IMG/VR virus record: IMGVR_UViG_3300031758_000053
Reading direction: 5' to 3' (one strand)
Length of the DNA stretch: 64,000 nucleotides
Source of the DNA: an uncultured virus (IMG/VR IMGVR_UViG_3300031758_000053)
Lineage: Duplodnaviria; Heunggongvirae; Uroviricota; Caudoviricetes
Made by a program: the position numbers and the translations under genes. Positions 37,890-48,589 of the stretch are shown here, in pieces. The notes under the pieces are model-generated. The model had not been told where the DNA came from and made no database searches. It was given only the letters and a program-made list of their open reading frames with translations. Positions within the stretch are counted from its first letter, which is position 1, and every line of letters starts with the position of its first letter.

Positions 37890-39773
37890 ATGCCACTCAA
37901 GAAATTTGTAGCCAAGTCTGGTGTAAACAGAGAAAACACCCGCTACTTCAATGAGGGCGGCTGGTACTCCTGTGACAAGATCCGCTTCCGTCAAGGAAGT
38001 CCAGAAAAGATTGGCGGCTGGCAGCAGGTCAGCAATGAGCAGTTCCTGGGTGTGTGCCGCTCCTTGTGGGCGTGGTCGGCTTTGTCAGGCGTGGCTTATG
38101 TAGGGCTTGGCACAAACCTGAAGTACTACATCGCGCTGTCTGGTGGGGGCACGTACAACGATGTCACGCCCATCCGAAGCACAGCAACACTGAACAATCC
38201 GTTTACAGGCAACGGCACCACCACCGTCACTGTGACTGATGTTGCTCACGGCTGCATCACGGGTGATTTCGTAACTTTCAGTGGCGCGACAGGCACTTAC
38301 GACACCATTTTTAATGCAGAGTTTCAAGTCACGGTTCTGACCGCCGACACATACACCATCACAACCGGCTCCAACATTGCTGTTGGCTCTTATGGTGGCG
38401 CTACTGTCCTTGCAAGTTACCAAGTAAGTGTTGGTGATGTTCTGCAAACAGCAGTGACTGGCTGGGGTGCCGGAGGATGGGGCCTTGGGACTTGGGGCAA
38501 CGGCCTTGCAAGCACATCGTCTATCCGTGTTTGGAACAATGACAACTTTGGCGAAGACTTGATCTTTGGGCCTAAGGATGGTCCGCTGTATTACTGGGAC
38601 CAGACAGCAGGTTTAAGCACTCGTGGCGTGGCGCTGACATCTTTGGCTGGTGCCTCTGATGTGCCTACCGTGCAGCACTTGGTTGTGGTGTCCGACACAT
38701 CGCGTTTTGTTTTGGCGCTGGGCTGTAATGACTACGGCTCTGCCACGCAAGACACAATGCTGATCAGATGGTCGGATCAGGAGAGCGCGGTCAATTGGAC
38801 CCCTTCTGCAACCAATCAAGCGGGCAGCTTGCGCCTGTCTCACGGCTCTGTCATTGAGGCTGTAGCCCAGGTCCGCCAGGAGTTCTTGGTTTGGACCGAC
38901 ACAGCCTTGTACTCACTGCAGTACCTGGGGCCTCCTATTGTCTGGGGCTCACAGATCCTATCCGACAGCGTTTCCATCCTTAGTGACCGCGCATGGGCGA
39001 CGGCTGCTGGTGTGACGTACTGGATGGGTAACGGTAAGTTTTATATGTACGACGGTCGCGTCCAGAATCTGGTCTGCGATCTGCGTCAGTTTGTGTTTAA
39101 CAATTTCAACCTAAACCAATCTCAGCAGGTTTTTGCATCCACAAACGAGCAGTTCAATGAAGTTTGGTGGTTTTACTGCTCCAAGAATAGCACCGCGATT
39201 GACAGTTACGTGATCTACAACTACGTCGAGAAGGCGTGGTATTACGGAACGATGGGCAGGACCGCTTGGATTGACACCAGCGTGTCCAATGATGTGCCAA
39301 TGGCTACCGACTACAACCGGCGCTTGATTTATCACGAGACCGGCGTTGATGACAACGCCACGACGACCACGCTGCCGATTGCAGCGTTCATTACTTCGTC
39401 CGAGTTTGATATTGAAGACGGGCACAACTTTGGGTTTGTCTGGCGGGTGCTGCCTGATGTGAACTTCACCGGTTCCATATCTGAAAGCCCGACGATGAAC
39501 CTGACGCTGTTACCTTTGCAGAACTCAGGCTCAGGGTATACCCGAGGTGTGGTGCCTGTTGCTTCCGTGACTTCAGATATGTCGGTGGCAGGTGAAAACG
39601 CTTACCCTGTAGTGCGTAGCGCCACAGTGCCGATTGACCAGTTCACGGGGCAGGTAAACATTCGAGTGCGTGGCAGGCAGATTTCTCTCAAGGCCGCATC
39701 AGACCAACTTGGTGTGCAGTGGCAGCTTGGTGCATGTCGTTTAGACATCAGGCCTGACGGACGTAAATCGTGA
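37890..39773 (+). CDS. tail stabilisation/nozzle protein (P22 gp10 / tubular B-like)
   Basis: RFR.G.PEKIGGW, IRWSDQE..W.P.ATNQAG, EVWWFY, R.RGRQ, PDGR. Confidence 0.78.
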   Translation: MPLKKFVAKSGVNRENTRYFNEGGWYSCDKIRFRQGSPEKIGGWQQVSNEQFLGVCRSLWAWSALSGVAYVGLGTNLKYYIALSGGGTYNDVTPIRSTATLNNPFTGNGTTTVTVTDVAHGCITGDFVTFSGATGTYDTIFNAEFQVTVLTADTYTITTGSNIAVGSYGGATVLASYQVSVGDVLQTAVTGWGAGGWGLGTWGNGLASTSSIRVWNNDNFGEDLIFGPKDGPLYYWDQTAGLSTRGVALTSLAGASDVPTVQHLVVVSDTSRFVLALGCNDYGSATQDTMLIRWSDQESAVNWTPSATNQAGSLRLSHGSVIEAVAQVRQEFLVWTDTALYSLQYLGPPIVWGSQILSDSVSILSDRAWATAAGVTYWMGNGKFYMYDGRVQNLVCDLRQFVFNNFNLNQSQQVFASTNEQFNEVWWFYCSKNSTAIDSYVIYNYVEKAWYYGTMGRTAWIDTSVSNDVPMATDYNRRLIYHETGVDDNATTTTLPIAAFITSSEFDIEDGHNFGFVWRVLPDVNFTGSISESPTMNLTLLPLQNSGSGYTRGVVPVASVTSDMSVAGENAYPVVRSATVPIDQFTGQVNIRVRGRQISLKAASDQLGVQWQLGACRLDIRPDGRKS

Positions 39774-41140
39774 CGATCTGGGCAGCCATCATCAAGCGCT
39801 TTACCGCGCCTGCGCTACCCAAGCCAACGCTAGACTACGACAAGTCCTATATGGACGCGCTTGTCAATGTGCTGCGCCTGTACTTCAATCAGCTTGACAA
39901 CTTACTGGGGCAGATCGTGGCAACTACAGGAAACCCAGTACCAATCTCTATTGGCGGCACCAATGTTGATGCGTTCGGGCGGCTAAGAACCAGCGCTCCG
40001 TACACGCTGTTTGATTCTCAGAACCGCTACGCTATTGACAATCAGTTTGACACCAGCACCGCCACTGGAGGCTCAACCACGTACTTGACCAACGAATCAT
40101 CGGTGAGGATGAATGTCACCACCTCCAGTGGGTCTGAAGTTGTAAGACAGACTTACAGGTGCATGCCGTACCAGCCGGGTAAGGGGTTGTTGTGTTTGGC
40201 TACGTTCGTCATGAACACTGCCAAGACCGGGCTGCGTCAACGGGCGGGGTACTTTGGAACCCAAAACGGCGTCTTCCTCCAGCAAGCGGACAGCACTGTT
40301 TCCTTCGTCCTGAGGTCTTACATCTCAGGATCTGTCAGCGATGCGCGGGCGGTCAACCAAGCGGACTGGAACGGCGACAAACTTGATGGGACGGGGGACT
40401 CCGGCTACACCCTGGACCTGACCAAAGCACAAATTTTGTGGATGGACTTTGAGTGGCTTGGGGTTGGATCTGTTCGGTGCGGGTTCATCATTGACGGCAA
40501 CTACATCGTCTGCCACACCTTTGAGAATGCAAACGACATCACTTCTGTTTACATGACCACGGCAATTTTGCCGGTCAGGTACGAGATTACCAACACCGCA
40601 GCGACGGCAAGCGCTTCGTTCATGAAGCAAATTTGCTCCTCGGTGGTTTCAGAAGGTGGGTACGAACAGACATCCATTGAGCACGTGGCCCGCAGAACTG
40701 CAACACTGACCGGGATAGGCACGACTTTTGTACCGTTGGTGTCCATCCGGCTGGCTTCTACGGCGCTGAACGCAGTGGTGCTCCCTGCCAAATTTAACGT
40801 AATGCCGACCTCAACGGGGGACGATTTTGAGGTTATTCTGGCAAAGAACAGCACGGGGCTGACTGGGGCTTCTTGGGCTGCAGTTGCAAGTGACGCCAAC
40901 GTGGAGATGGACACTTCTGCCACGGCCATGACGGTAGGCGCCATTGTAGATATCCAGTACGTTAAGTCCACTAACCAGTCCAGCGGGACGATCAACCAGA
41001 CTGCTGGGTACAACTGGGATCTTCAGTTGGGCTCCTCCTTGACTGGGACGAGTGATATCTATACGCTGGGCATCCGGGTGCTGTCTGGCTCTTCCGGTGC
41101 GGCCATCGGGTCTTTGACCTTCTACGATTTGACGCAGTGA
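39770..41140 (+). CDS. virion structural protein
   Basis: N-terminal LP....Y....L...LRLYFNQLD segment fused to a DAFGRLR..P.TLFD..YQPGK..WLGVG.VR.GF domain. Confidence 0.7.
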   Translation: MTIWAAIIKRFTAPALPKPTLDYDKSYMDALVNVLRLYFNQLDNLLGQIVATTGNPVPISIGGTNVDAFGRLRTSAPYTLFDSQNRYAIDNQFDTSTATGGSTTYLTNESSVRMNVTTSSGSEVVRQTYRCMPYQPGKGLLCLATFVMNTAKTGLRQRAGYFGTQNGVFLQQADSTVSFVLRSYISGSVSDARAVNQADWNGDKLDGTGDSGYTLDLTKAQILWMDFEWLGVGSVRCGFIIDGNYIVCHTFENANDITSVYMTTAILPVRYEITNTAATASASFMKQICSSVVSEGGYEQTSIEHVARRTATLTGIGTTFVPLVSIRLASTALNAVVLPAKFNVMPTSTGDDFEVILAKNSTGLTGASWAAVASDANVEMDTSATAMTVGAIVDIQYVKSTNQSSGTINQTAGYNWDLQLGSSLTGTSDIYTLGIRVLSGSSGAAIGSLTFYDLTQ

Positions 41141-41151
41141 TAGGTTAAGAA

Positions 41152-44100
41152 ATGGCTCTTCCGCTGTATCAAACGCTATCTTCTCAAGAACAGTTTGAGC
41201 GTCTTGGCGCAGCCATGCCGACCGGGTGGGAAACCACCACAGACCCACTTGCAAGAATCAACTTACTCAACCAACTTGGTGTAAGTGGGGATCAGCTAAG
41301 AGATGTCCTTGGGTACTCTCAAGGCGATGTTGATTGGATGCAAAGCAAGGGTCTGGGAGTTCCTGCTCCCACCCCTGCGCCAACTCCAGCCCCAATACAA
41401 CAGAACGCTTATCAAACCCTGGCACAAGAGCCTGGATTTGACACCGATGCATATACATACGAAGACCTCGTATCTGATTACGTTGCCCCGACGCCGACTC
41501 TGGCTCCAACACCCGCGCTCAATCAATACGGATATTCCGAAGAAGATTGGAATGCTTTTAGCCCTGAAGCGCGTAGTTTTATCGAGCGACCAGAAACCGC
41601 AAATCTTGGTCGTGGCACGGACACCAGGGATTTCCTTGGTGATGATATTCAAATCAATAAGGAAATAGGACAAACAGGCGATAGTTGGTCTGGTAAAACT
41701 ACAACTTACCAAGCATATGATGCCTACGGTAACCCAACGCAAACATTTGATGTTTCTGAGAGTGGCCTAAAAGAAGGCTTGGCTATAGCGGCTACTATGG
41801 CCGCTTCAATGGCTACGCTAAACCCGGCATTTACCGCTGGGATTGGTGGAACTATTGCATCCACACTAGGTATCCAGGGGTTATCTGCAGCGGCAACATC
41901 GGCTCTTGGTAGTGCTGCTGTTAATGCAGCAGTTACGGCTGCAAAAGGTGGCAGTTTTGAAGATGTTTTGCAAGCAGCAGCAGCAAGCGGGCTTGGAAGC
42001 GTAGCGGCAGAAAAAGTTGCTGCGTTTGCAAACTCGGCTGGCTCTCAAGTTGCAAGCCAACTAAACAGTTCTGCACTTGGCCAAGCCGTAACAAGCGGCA
42101 TCACTGCGGGTGCGCGGGCACTCCCATCGGCGATTGCAACCGGTGACTTTGGCAACGTCCTGACCAGCGCACTGACTGGCGGAGCCACGGCAGGCATTAC
42201 CACGGGTATTTCCAACCTGACTGGGTTTACACCGTCTGAGATCAATGCTGCTGTAAACATTGCACAGGGTGCTGCGTCTGGTGACTATGCCAAGATGCTG
42301 GCGGGGGCTGGTTCGTTTACGGATAGCCCAATCCCTGGCCTTGCTTCCAAAGCCTTGACGCTGAAAGAAGCGGTTGAGTCTGGTAATCCAACAAGGATCA
42401 TGTCAGCCATGCAGGGCTTTGGCTCTGCGATGGATGCGTACAACAACCAGCAGGCACGAGACAACAGCAAGACAGACACAGGCGACGAAACCGCCCGCCT
42501 TCAGGCCCGTTATGGCACTGCAGATGACGCAGTCATCAAGCAGATTGAGGCCATGTCTCCCAAGACAACTGGCCCTGCCGGCACAACGGCAGATGTTGAG
42601 CAGGCTCTGTACGAGGATGTGCTGAGACAAGCTCCGTCTGTTACAGAGTCCACCATCACGCCTGAGGAGTTGGCTCGGATTGTCAGCGGGGACACAGCGC
42701 CTACGGCCAAAACAACTACCGAAACAACCGCTCCGGTCCAAGGCCCATACGACAAGTATGTTGACTTCGGTGAGGCGTTCCGCGCAGCCAGAAGCGTGCT
42801 TGGTGCTGGCAAATCGTTTACATGGACCGATCCGATCACCGGCTCAACAAAGACTTACACAACGGACTACGCTCCTGCCGCACCAAAGGATGCAGGTGCC
42901 GGAAGAGGTATCGCACCAGGGGTGACTGCAGCAAATGCAGCACAGCTTTCTGCAATTCCGTTGCGAACAGAAACTGCGCGAACTGTTTCAACGCCTAAGT
43001 TGACCGACACAGATTCCGGCATTGACTATTCTGCCGCTGCTACTGATATGCAGGGAACCGCGCCAAGTGCAGACGCAACATATGCAACGCTAAGTCAAAA
43101 CGCACAGAGCCTTGCCAATGCCGCTAAGGGCACTGCTTTCCAAACGCCGACAGCGCTAGTATTAGATGCCGTGTCCCAATTGGGGACATCGTTTTCGTCT
43201 GCCTTTGGCGGCGTAGGTAAAGACAATACAACTCTGCAAGAGTTTAAGAAAATACAAGATATTGCAACAAGCATAACGCCTGATGCTGTTTTAAAAGATC
43301 TTGCAAGCCTTAACAAGAGTATTCAAAGTGCTGATGGCGTTCTGCAAACATTAGGTGCAGTTGGCGCAGGTATTTATAAGCAACCTTTAGCAATAGGTTG
43401 GCAAATTGGCTCTGAAATTGTTCAAGAAATACCATTGCTTGGTATAGGCAAGGCAGTTCAAGTTGGTGCTAAAGCTCTTGAATTTAGCAAAAGAATTGCC
43501 GATACCTTGGGTGTCACTACTTCGGTGGCGTCCAATATGCTGGAAAACGGCGGGTCCGCAAGAAACGAGACTTATGACGCTACGCAAGCACTATTAAAAG
43601 ACAGCGTAAAGTCTGGACAAATTACACAAGTAGAAGCTGACACGATTGCGCAAAAGCAAGCAGACAATGCTTTTGTTAAATCAATGGCAGTGACTGGTGC
43701 AATATCGTTTATACCCGGTGGCACCGCCCTGGAAAAACGCATTATTGTTGGCGGCGCAGTAAATGACGCCAAGAGTGCCATTACAACCGGCTTGAAGGTT
43801 GCGGCAAAAGAAACAGTTCCAGAAGGCGTGGAAGAGGGTGCCACAGACTATATAACTCAAGGAGAGTCATTAAGGTCTATTGGCAAGGGATACGCAGATG
43901 TAAGCCCAAGTCAAGTTGCTGCTGCAACAGGTCTAGGCGCAATCATTGGCGCTGGGTCTTCTGGCAGTATTGCCACGGGCGCAGGTGTTGTTGACACTTT
44001 GAGTGGGTCAACAGGTGCAGCCGCCACGGAGCCTGGAGTAGCGCAAACCGTCTCATCTGGCGATGTAACAAAACCCGCAGTCAAAACAGAGCCAACATTT

Positions 44101-45306
44101 GACCCCAACACTGTGGTTGCCACAGATCCAGATACGGGCGATACGTTGACTCTTGGTGATTTAACCGGCTCAACTATTAGTTCTGCTGGCACCACCACAA
44201 AGATTGACCCAACTTTAGAGCCACTAAGTGACACTGAGCTTGACAGCGACCAGATCATCAATGACTACATCAATGAAGTCCTTGGTGGCAATGCGCCTGC
44301 AACAAGCTCAACGGAGAATGTTGTTTTAGGCACTGATCCAGATACTGGGGCAGAAGTCACGATGGGTGACTTGGGCTTGACGCCAAAAACCACAACTGAA
44401 ACTGCGCCTGATTTATCTACGCCTATTGCAACAGATCAAAACACAGGTGAAGTGATTACGCTTGGTGATGTAACGGCAACAACCGCTCCAGATACAACAC
44501 CCAAGACTGAGGCCACATCAGATACCGCACCCAAGCCGGATACGCGGCCCGACACACAGCCTGATGTCCAGCCGGACACACAACCAGAACCGGACACAAC
44601 ACCTGATGTTGCCCCGGATACTGCTCCTGATACGGCACCAGATACCGCACCAGACACGGCTCCCGACACAGTCCCGGATGTTGCGCCAGACACGGCTCCT
44701 GATACTACGCCTGACGTAACTCCTGATACTGCTCCAGACACCACTCCGGACACCACTCCGGACACCACGCCGGACACCACGCCGGACACTGCTCCGGATA
44801 CCGCGCCTGATGTGGCTCCGGACACCACGCCAGATACCACGCCAGATACCACGCCAGATACCACTCCTGATACCACGCCTGATGTAGCGCCGGATACGAC
44901 ACCCGACACTGTGACGGACACCACTCCAGATACAAAAACAGAAATACCTCCTGAAGTTAAGCCGCGTGTGAGCGTTGAACCCCCAACGCCTGAACCTACC
45001 CCCGCTCCTACGCCTGCACCAACTCCGCCGCCTCCTGCGCCGACACCAGCACCTCCGGCTCCAACTCCTGCGCCGACACCTGCTCCTACGCCTAAGCCAG
45101 CGACTACGTCTAAACCCAAAGCCCCTAGTCCTGCGCCTAAGCCTCAGGCACAATCACCGCAGATGACTCCAGAGCTTGCAGCGTTTATTCAGGAACTGAT
45201 GCGGACAGAAGAAGCGGATCTGGAAGCAATGACGATGGTGCGCAAAGCAGAGCGCGAAGAAAAGCGCAAAGGCGCTCGTGAAAAACTGAAGTCTAGAAAG
45301 GCTTGA
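41152..45306 (+). CDS. putative internal virion/ejection protein with Pro/Thr/Asp repeats
   Basis: 1384 aa, Ala/Gly-rich helices, PDTT/PDTA and PAPT tracts; position after tail genes. Confidence 0.68.
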   Translation: MALPLYQTLSSQEQFERLGAAMPTGWETTTDPLARINLLNQLGVSGDQLRDVLGYSQGDVDWMQSKGLGVPAPTPAPTPAPIQQNAYQTLAQEPGFDTDAYTYEDLVSDYVAPTPTLAPTPALNQYGYSEEDWNAFSPEARSFIERPETANLGRGTDTRDFLGDDIQINKEIGQTGDSWSGKTTTYQAYDAYGNPTQTFDVSESGLKEGLAIAATMAASMATLNPAFTAGIGGTIASTLGIQGLSAAATSALGSAAVNAAVTAAKGGSFEDVLQAAAASGLGSVAAEKVAAFANSAGSQVASQLNSSALGQAVTSGITAGARALPSAIATGDFGNVLTSALTGGATAGITTGISNLTGFTPSEINAAVNIAQGAASGDYAKMLAGAGSFTDSPIPGLASKALTLKEAVESGNPTRIMSAMQGFGSAMDAYNNQQARDNSKTDTGDETARLQARYGTADDAVIKQIEAMSPKTTGPAGTTADVEQALYEDVLRQAPSVTESTITPEELARIVSGDTAPTAKTTTETTAPVQGPYDKYVDFGEAFRAARSVLGAGKSFTWTDPITGSTKTYTTDYAPAAPKDAGAGRGIAPGVTAANAAQLSAIPLRTETARTVSTPKLTDTDSGIDYSAAATDMQGTAPSADATYATLSQNAQSLANAAKGTAFQTPTALVLDAVSQLGTSFSSAFGGVGKDNTTLQEFKKIQDIATSITPDAVLKDLASLNKSIQSADGVLQTLGAVGAGIYKQPLAIGWQIGSEIVQEIPLLGIGKAVQVGAKALEFSKRIADTLGVTTSVASNMLENGGSARNETYDATQALLKDSVKSGQITQVEADTIAQKQADNAFVKSMAVTGAISFIPGGTALEKRIIVGGAVNDAKSAITTGLKVAAKETVPEGVEEGATDYITQGESLRSIGKGYADVSPSQVAAATGLGAIIGAGSSGSIATGAGVVDTLSGSTGAAATEPGVAQTVSSGDVTKPAVKTEPTFDPNTVVATDPDTGDTLTLGDLTGSTISSAGTTTKIDPTLEPLSDTELDSDQIINDYINEVLGGNAPATSSTENVVLGTDPDTGAEVTMGDLGLTPKTTTETAPDLSTPIATDQNTGEVITLGDVTATTAPDTTPKTEATSDTAPKPDTRPDTQPDVQPDTQPEPDTTPDVAPDTAPDTAPDTAPDTAPDTVPDVAPDTAPDTTPDVTPDTAPDTTPDTTPDTTPDTTPDTAPDTAPDVAPDTTPDTTPDTTPDTTPDTTPDVAPDTTPDTVTDTTPDTKTEIPPEVKPRVSVEPPTPEPTPAPTPAPTPPPPAPTPAPPAPTPAPTPAPTPKPATTSKPKAPSPAPKPQAQSPQMTPELAAFIQELMRTEEADLEAMTMVRKAEREEKRKGAREKLKSRKA
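44488..45100 (+). repeat. coding 12-nt tandem repeats (PDTT/PDTA/PDVA) followed by PAPT repeats
   Basis: Degenerate CCnGAyACn units with synonymous variation. Confidence 0.85.
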
Positions 45307-45308
45307 TC

Positions 45309-47009
45309 ATGGAAGACGATTATGTTGTTACCCCTGGCGGCGTTGTCAGTGTTGGGGGAGAGCCATATGTTGATCCCGCTCTAGACTACTCCACGCTTCT
45401 GCCCACATCAGATCCTTTGCCTGCTGGCAGTTATGACATTGACAAGGATCTTGCAAGCTGGACTGGCGGTGCAAAAGATATTCTTGGCTCTTACAAGAAG
45501 CTCTTTGAAAAGATCAAGTCAGGCAATGCGGGGGCTACTGAATACGCCGCTGCCGCTGGCATCCTTGGCCTTTTGATGCCAAGTCTTAACCAGCCCAAGA
45601 CCAAGGGCTGGAAGGGATCAGTTGACTTAAATCGTCAGTTCACCCGCACGCCCATTGCTCAGCCTGTGTTTACACCGTATGCGCAAAGCGCTGCTCCGGT
45701 GATGGGACGACAGTTCTTCAACTCGACGTATGGTGCTGCGCCTGCTGCGGCACCTGCTGCTCCCGCACCTACTACGCCACCGACCTTTCCTGATGCAACT
45801 CTTCCGGGGACTCTTGTCCCGCAAGAGCCAAACTATGCAGAGTCGGCTGGCGCGGCAGAAGGTGGCCTGATGGGCTATGCCCGTGGTGGCAAAGCGATGC
45901 CTCCTCGTTACTTGCGCGGACAAACTGATGGCATGGCAGACAAGATTCCCAGCAATATTGATGGGGTCCAACCTGCCAAGCTCAGTCACGGTGAGTTCGT
46001 GATCCCTGCTGATGTGGTTTCCCACCTTGGGAATGGCAACTCTGATGCTGGAGCCAAGGTTCTGTACAAGATGATGGACCGCGTTCGTCAGGCCAGGACC
46101 GGCAACAAGAAGCAAGGTAAACAGATCAACCCGGAGAAATTTACACCGGGCGGCATTGCTGGCTATGCCGGTGGTGGTGCTGTTGCGTTCCAGACGGGCG
46201 GAACAACTGCGCCGCTGGGTGCTTCTAGTGAGCAGAACATCTCTGAATGGGCTGGTCCCTATGTAGGCGACATGCTCAGCAAGACTGCTGCGTTGACCAA
46301 CACGCCTTACCAAGCCTACCAGGGTCCGCTTGTCGCTGGCACCTCACCGCTGCAGAGCAAGGTGTTTGGCGGCCTAGAGAGCTTGAGCTTCCCCGGACAA
46401 CTGGGGCAGTCGTTTACAGCACAAGGTGCGTATCAACTGCCCAGCATGACTTCTACGGGGGTCACCGGTCAAACTACAGGGCCTACTGGCATCGCGTCTC
46501 AGTACATGAATCCGTACCTAAACGCTGTGCTGACGCCTCAACTGGAAGAGCTTCGCCGTCAGTCTCAGATCACGCAGATGGGCACGGCTGGCAAACTAGC
46601 CCAGGCGGGTGCGTATGGCGGTTCTCGTCAGGCCATCATGGACGCCGAGACCCAGCGTAACCTGCTGCAAGAGCAAAACAAGGCCATTGGTACTGGGTAT
46701 TCCAACGCTTATGACCGGGCGATGGGTCAGTTCAACACTGAGCAGCAACAGGCCAGAACTCTTGCAGACATGATGGAAGAGGCTGGTCAGAAGCAACGCG
46801 GCATCGAACAAGAAGGCATCACCGCAATCCAGAAGCAGTACGAGACTGAGTTGCTTGATCCGTTTACAAAGCTGCGATTCCAGAAGGAAATGCTGCAAGG
46901 TCTGCCGGTTGCGACTGCTTCCACCACTGCCAATCAATCCACGATGGGGCAGCTTGGTTCCGGGTTTGAGAACATTGGCAAGTTGATGAAAGAACTCGGC
47001 CTTTCCTGA
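45309..47009 (+). CDS. putative DNA ejection/transfer protein
   Basis: DGMAD.IP..LSHGEFVIPADVVS.LGNG.S.AGA; YMNPY; GAYGGSRQ. Confidence 0.7.
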   Translation: MEDDYVVTPGGVVSVGGEPYVDPALDYSTLLPTSDPLPAGSYDIDKDLASWTGGAKDILGSYKKLFEKIKSGNAGATEYAAAAGILGLLMPSLNQPKTKGWKGSVDLNRQFTRTPIAQPVFTPYAQSAAPVMGRQFFNSTYGAAPAAAPAAPAPTTPPTFPDATLPGTLVPQEPNYAESAGAAEGGLMGYARGGKAMPPRYLRGQTDGMADKIPSNIDGVQPAKLSHGEFVIPADVVSHLGNGNSDAGAKVLYKMMDRVRQARTGNKKQGKQINPEKFTPGGIAGYAGGGAVAFQTGGTTAPLGASSEQNISEWAGPYVGDMLSKTAALTNTPYQAYQGPLVAGTSPLQSKVFGGLESLSFPGQLGQSFTAQGAYQLPSMTSTGVTGQTTGPTGIASQYMNPYLNAVLTPQLEELRRQSQITQMGTAGKLAQAGAYGGSRQAIMDAETQRNLLQEQNKAIGTGYSNAYDRAMGQFNTEQQQARTLADMMEEAGQKQRGIEQEGITAIQKQYETELLDPFTKLRFQKEMLQGLPVATASTTANQSTMGQLGSGFENIGKLMKELGLS

Positions 47010-47018
47010 GGAATAGAT

Positions 47019-48584
47019 ATGTACGCAGCACAGCAATCCTCAATCGATCCGGCCCTGGCCGCGCTGATGCAAACAGCGCAGATGGTGACGCCTGACAACA
47101 CGCCGACCGTCGCGGCTCAGGTGGCGCAAGCAGCTAAACAGAAGATGGCCCCTCAGGGCATCGCTCAAGGCATGCCTGAGGCTCAGGAAGACTTCCAAGC
47201 TGCTATGCCGTCCATGATGCGCAACATGCAGCAGCAGCAGATGCAGCAGATGGTTAAACAGGCCATGCAGCCACAGCCTGCTGGGATTGAAGGTTTACCC
47301 GCGCCCAACATGCAAAACATGGCAGAGGGCGGTGTTGTTGGTTTTGCTGGTGACGAATTTGGTTCATATGTGTCAGAGGATGTCGCCCTTGATGAGTTGC
47401 GTGTAGCAGAAGCCAAGCGCAAGCGCGAAGATGCAGAGCGCCGTCGGCAGTTTGAGTTTCTTGAAGGCGCGGGTGCGCCTCAAGCTGCACAGTATCGAGA
47501 GCCTGTGAGAGCAGCACAACCTGCAGCACAACCTGCAGCCAAACCTGCAGCGCCGCCTGCTGCTGAGTCCAAGCCGCAATCTAAACCGCAGACAAGACCT
47601 CAGGCTGCTCCGCAAGCTGCACAACCGGCAGCCGGTATAGAGCAGTTGGTGGAGCCCAAGTTCCGTGGAGAGGGCATTCCAACCGCTGGTCAAGGGATCA
47701 TGACAGAAGCGCAAGATTCCGTTAAACGATTGCGCGACATTGAAGAGGCTCGTTCGGCAGCCAGAGCCAAGATGCCTGACCTGAACGAACGCGGCATCGC
47801 TGCTCTGCAAAGGGCGGAGGCAGAGCGTAAACGGCTTGGTGAGGTTGACCGCTCAGATGATGAGCGCCGTCGTTGGGCTGGTGTGTTCCGTGGCTGGGGC
47901 GGTGATCGTGATGCGTATGACCGCGTCTTGACTGGAATTGCCAGCCGGGACAGCGCAGCCAACCAAGCTCAATTGCAGTTTGATCAAGCGCAGATCAAGT
48001 TGCAGCAGGCTCAACAGGCAGAGGCTTTGGGTCAGTTTGACCGCAAGGCGGCACTTGAGAAGGAAGCTGCGGAGTTGATGACCAAGGCACGCAAGAACGC
48101 CTTGGATGCTCAGCAGATTGCAGCCAATTTGGCAACAAGTCAGTTTGCCACCGAGGCCAATCTCTTCAACACTAAGAGCAGTGCCCAGCAGCGTGGACTT
48201 GATCGTGAGCAGCAAGCCAAGTTTGAAACTGAAAAGTTAAAAATTGAAGGAGCAAAGCTCAAGCAACAGGCCGAGCAAAACAATCAGATGAAGCTGGCTA
48301 ATCTAATTAACTCTGCAAACATCACTGTAAACAGTGCCGTAGAAAAGATGGAGAAGGCACTTGATGCCAAGTATCCGCAAATGACATACATCAAAACGAT
48401 GTCGCCAAAGCAGATACAAGATGATCCAAGATCATCTGTCTTATACGAGACGTATAACAATGAGAGAAACTCTTTGTATAAGCAAATGGTTGAGCCCGCT
48501 GTGATGGAACGAAACAGATTGGCTGCGCAGGTTGGCGGAGGTAACATCACGCGGTACGATGCTCAGGGCAACCTTGTTAGGTAA
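47019..48584 (+). CDS. putative internal virion/ejection protein
   Basis: GI..LPA.NM..MAEGG.V.FA; Q/A-rich coiled coil. Confidence 0.68.
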   Translation: MYAAQQSSIDPALAALMQTAQMVTPDNTPTVAAQVAQAAKQKMAPQGIAQGMPEAQEDFQAAMPSMMRNMQQQQMQQMVKQAMQPQPAGIEGLPAPNMQNMAEGGVVGFAGDEFGSYVSEDVALDELRVAEAKRKREDAERRRQFEFLEGAGAPQAAQYREPVRAAQPAAQPAAKPAAPPAAESKPQSKPQTRPQAAPQAAQPAAGIEQLVEPKFRGEGIPTAGQGIMTEAQDSVKRLRDIEEARSAARAKMPDLNERGIAALQRAEAERKRLGEVDRSDDERRRWAGVFRGWGGDRDAYDRVLTGIASRDSAANQAQLQFDQAQIKLQQAQQAEALGQFDRKAALEKEAAELMTKARKNALDAQQIAANLATSQFATEANLFNTKSSAQQRGLDREQQAKFETEKLKIEGAKLKQQAEQNNQMKLANLINSANITVNSAVEKMEKALDAKYPQMTYIKTMSPKQIQDDPRSSVLYETYNNERNSLYKQMVEPAVMERNRLAAQVGGGNITRYDAQGNLVR

Positions 48585-48589
48585 TCCAT

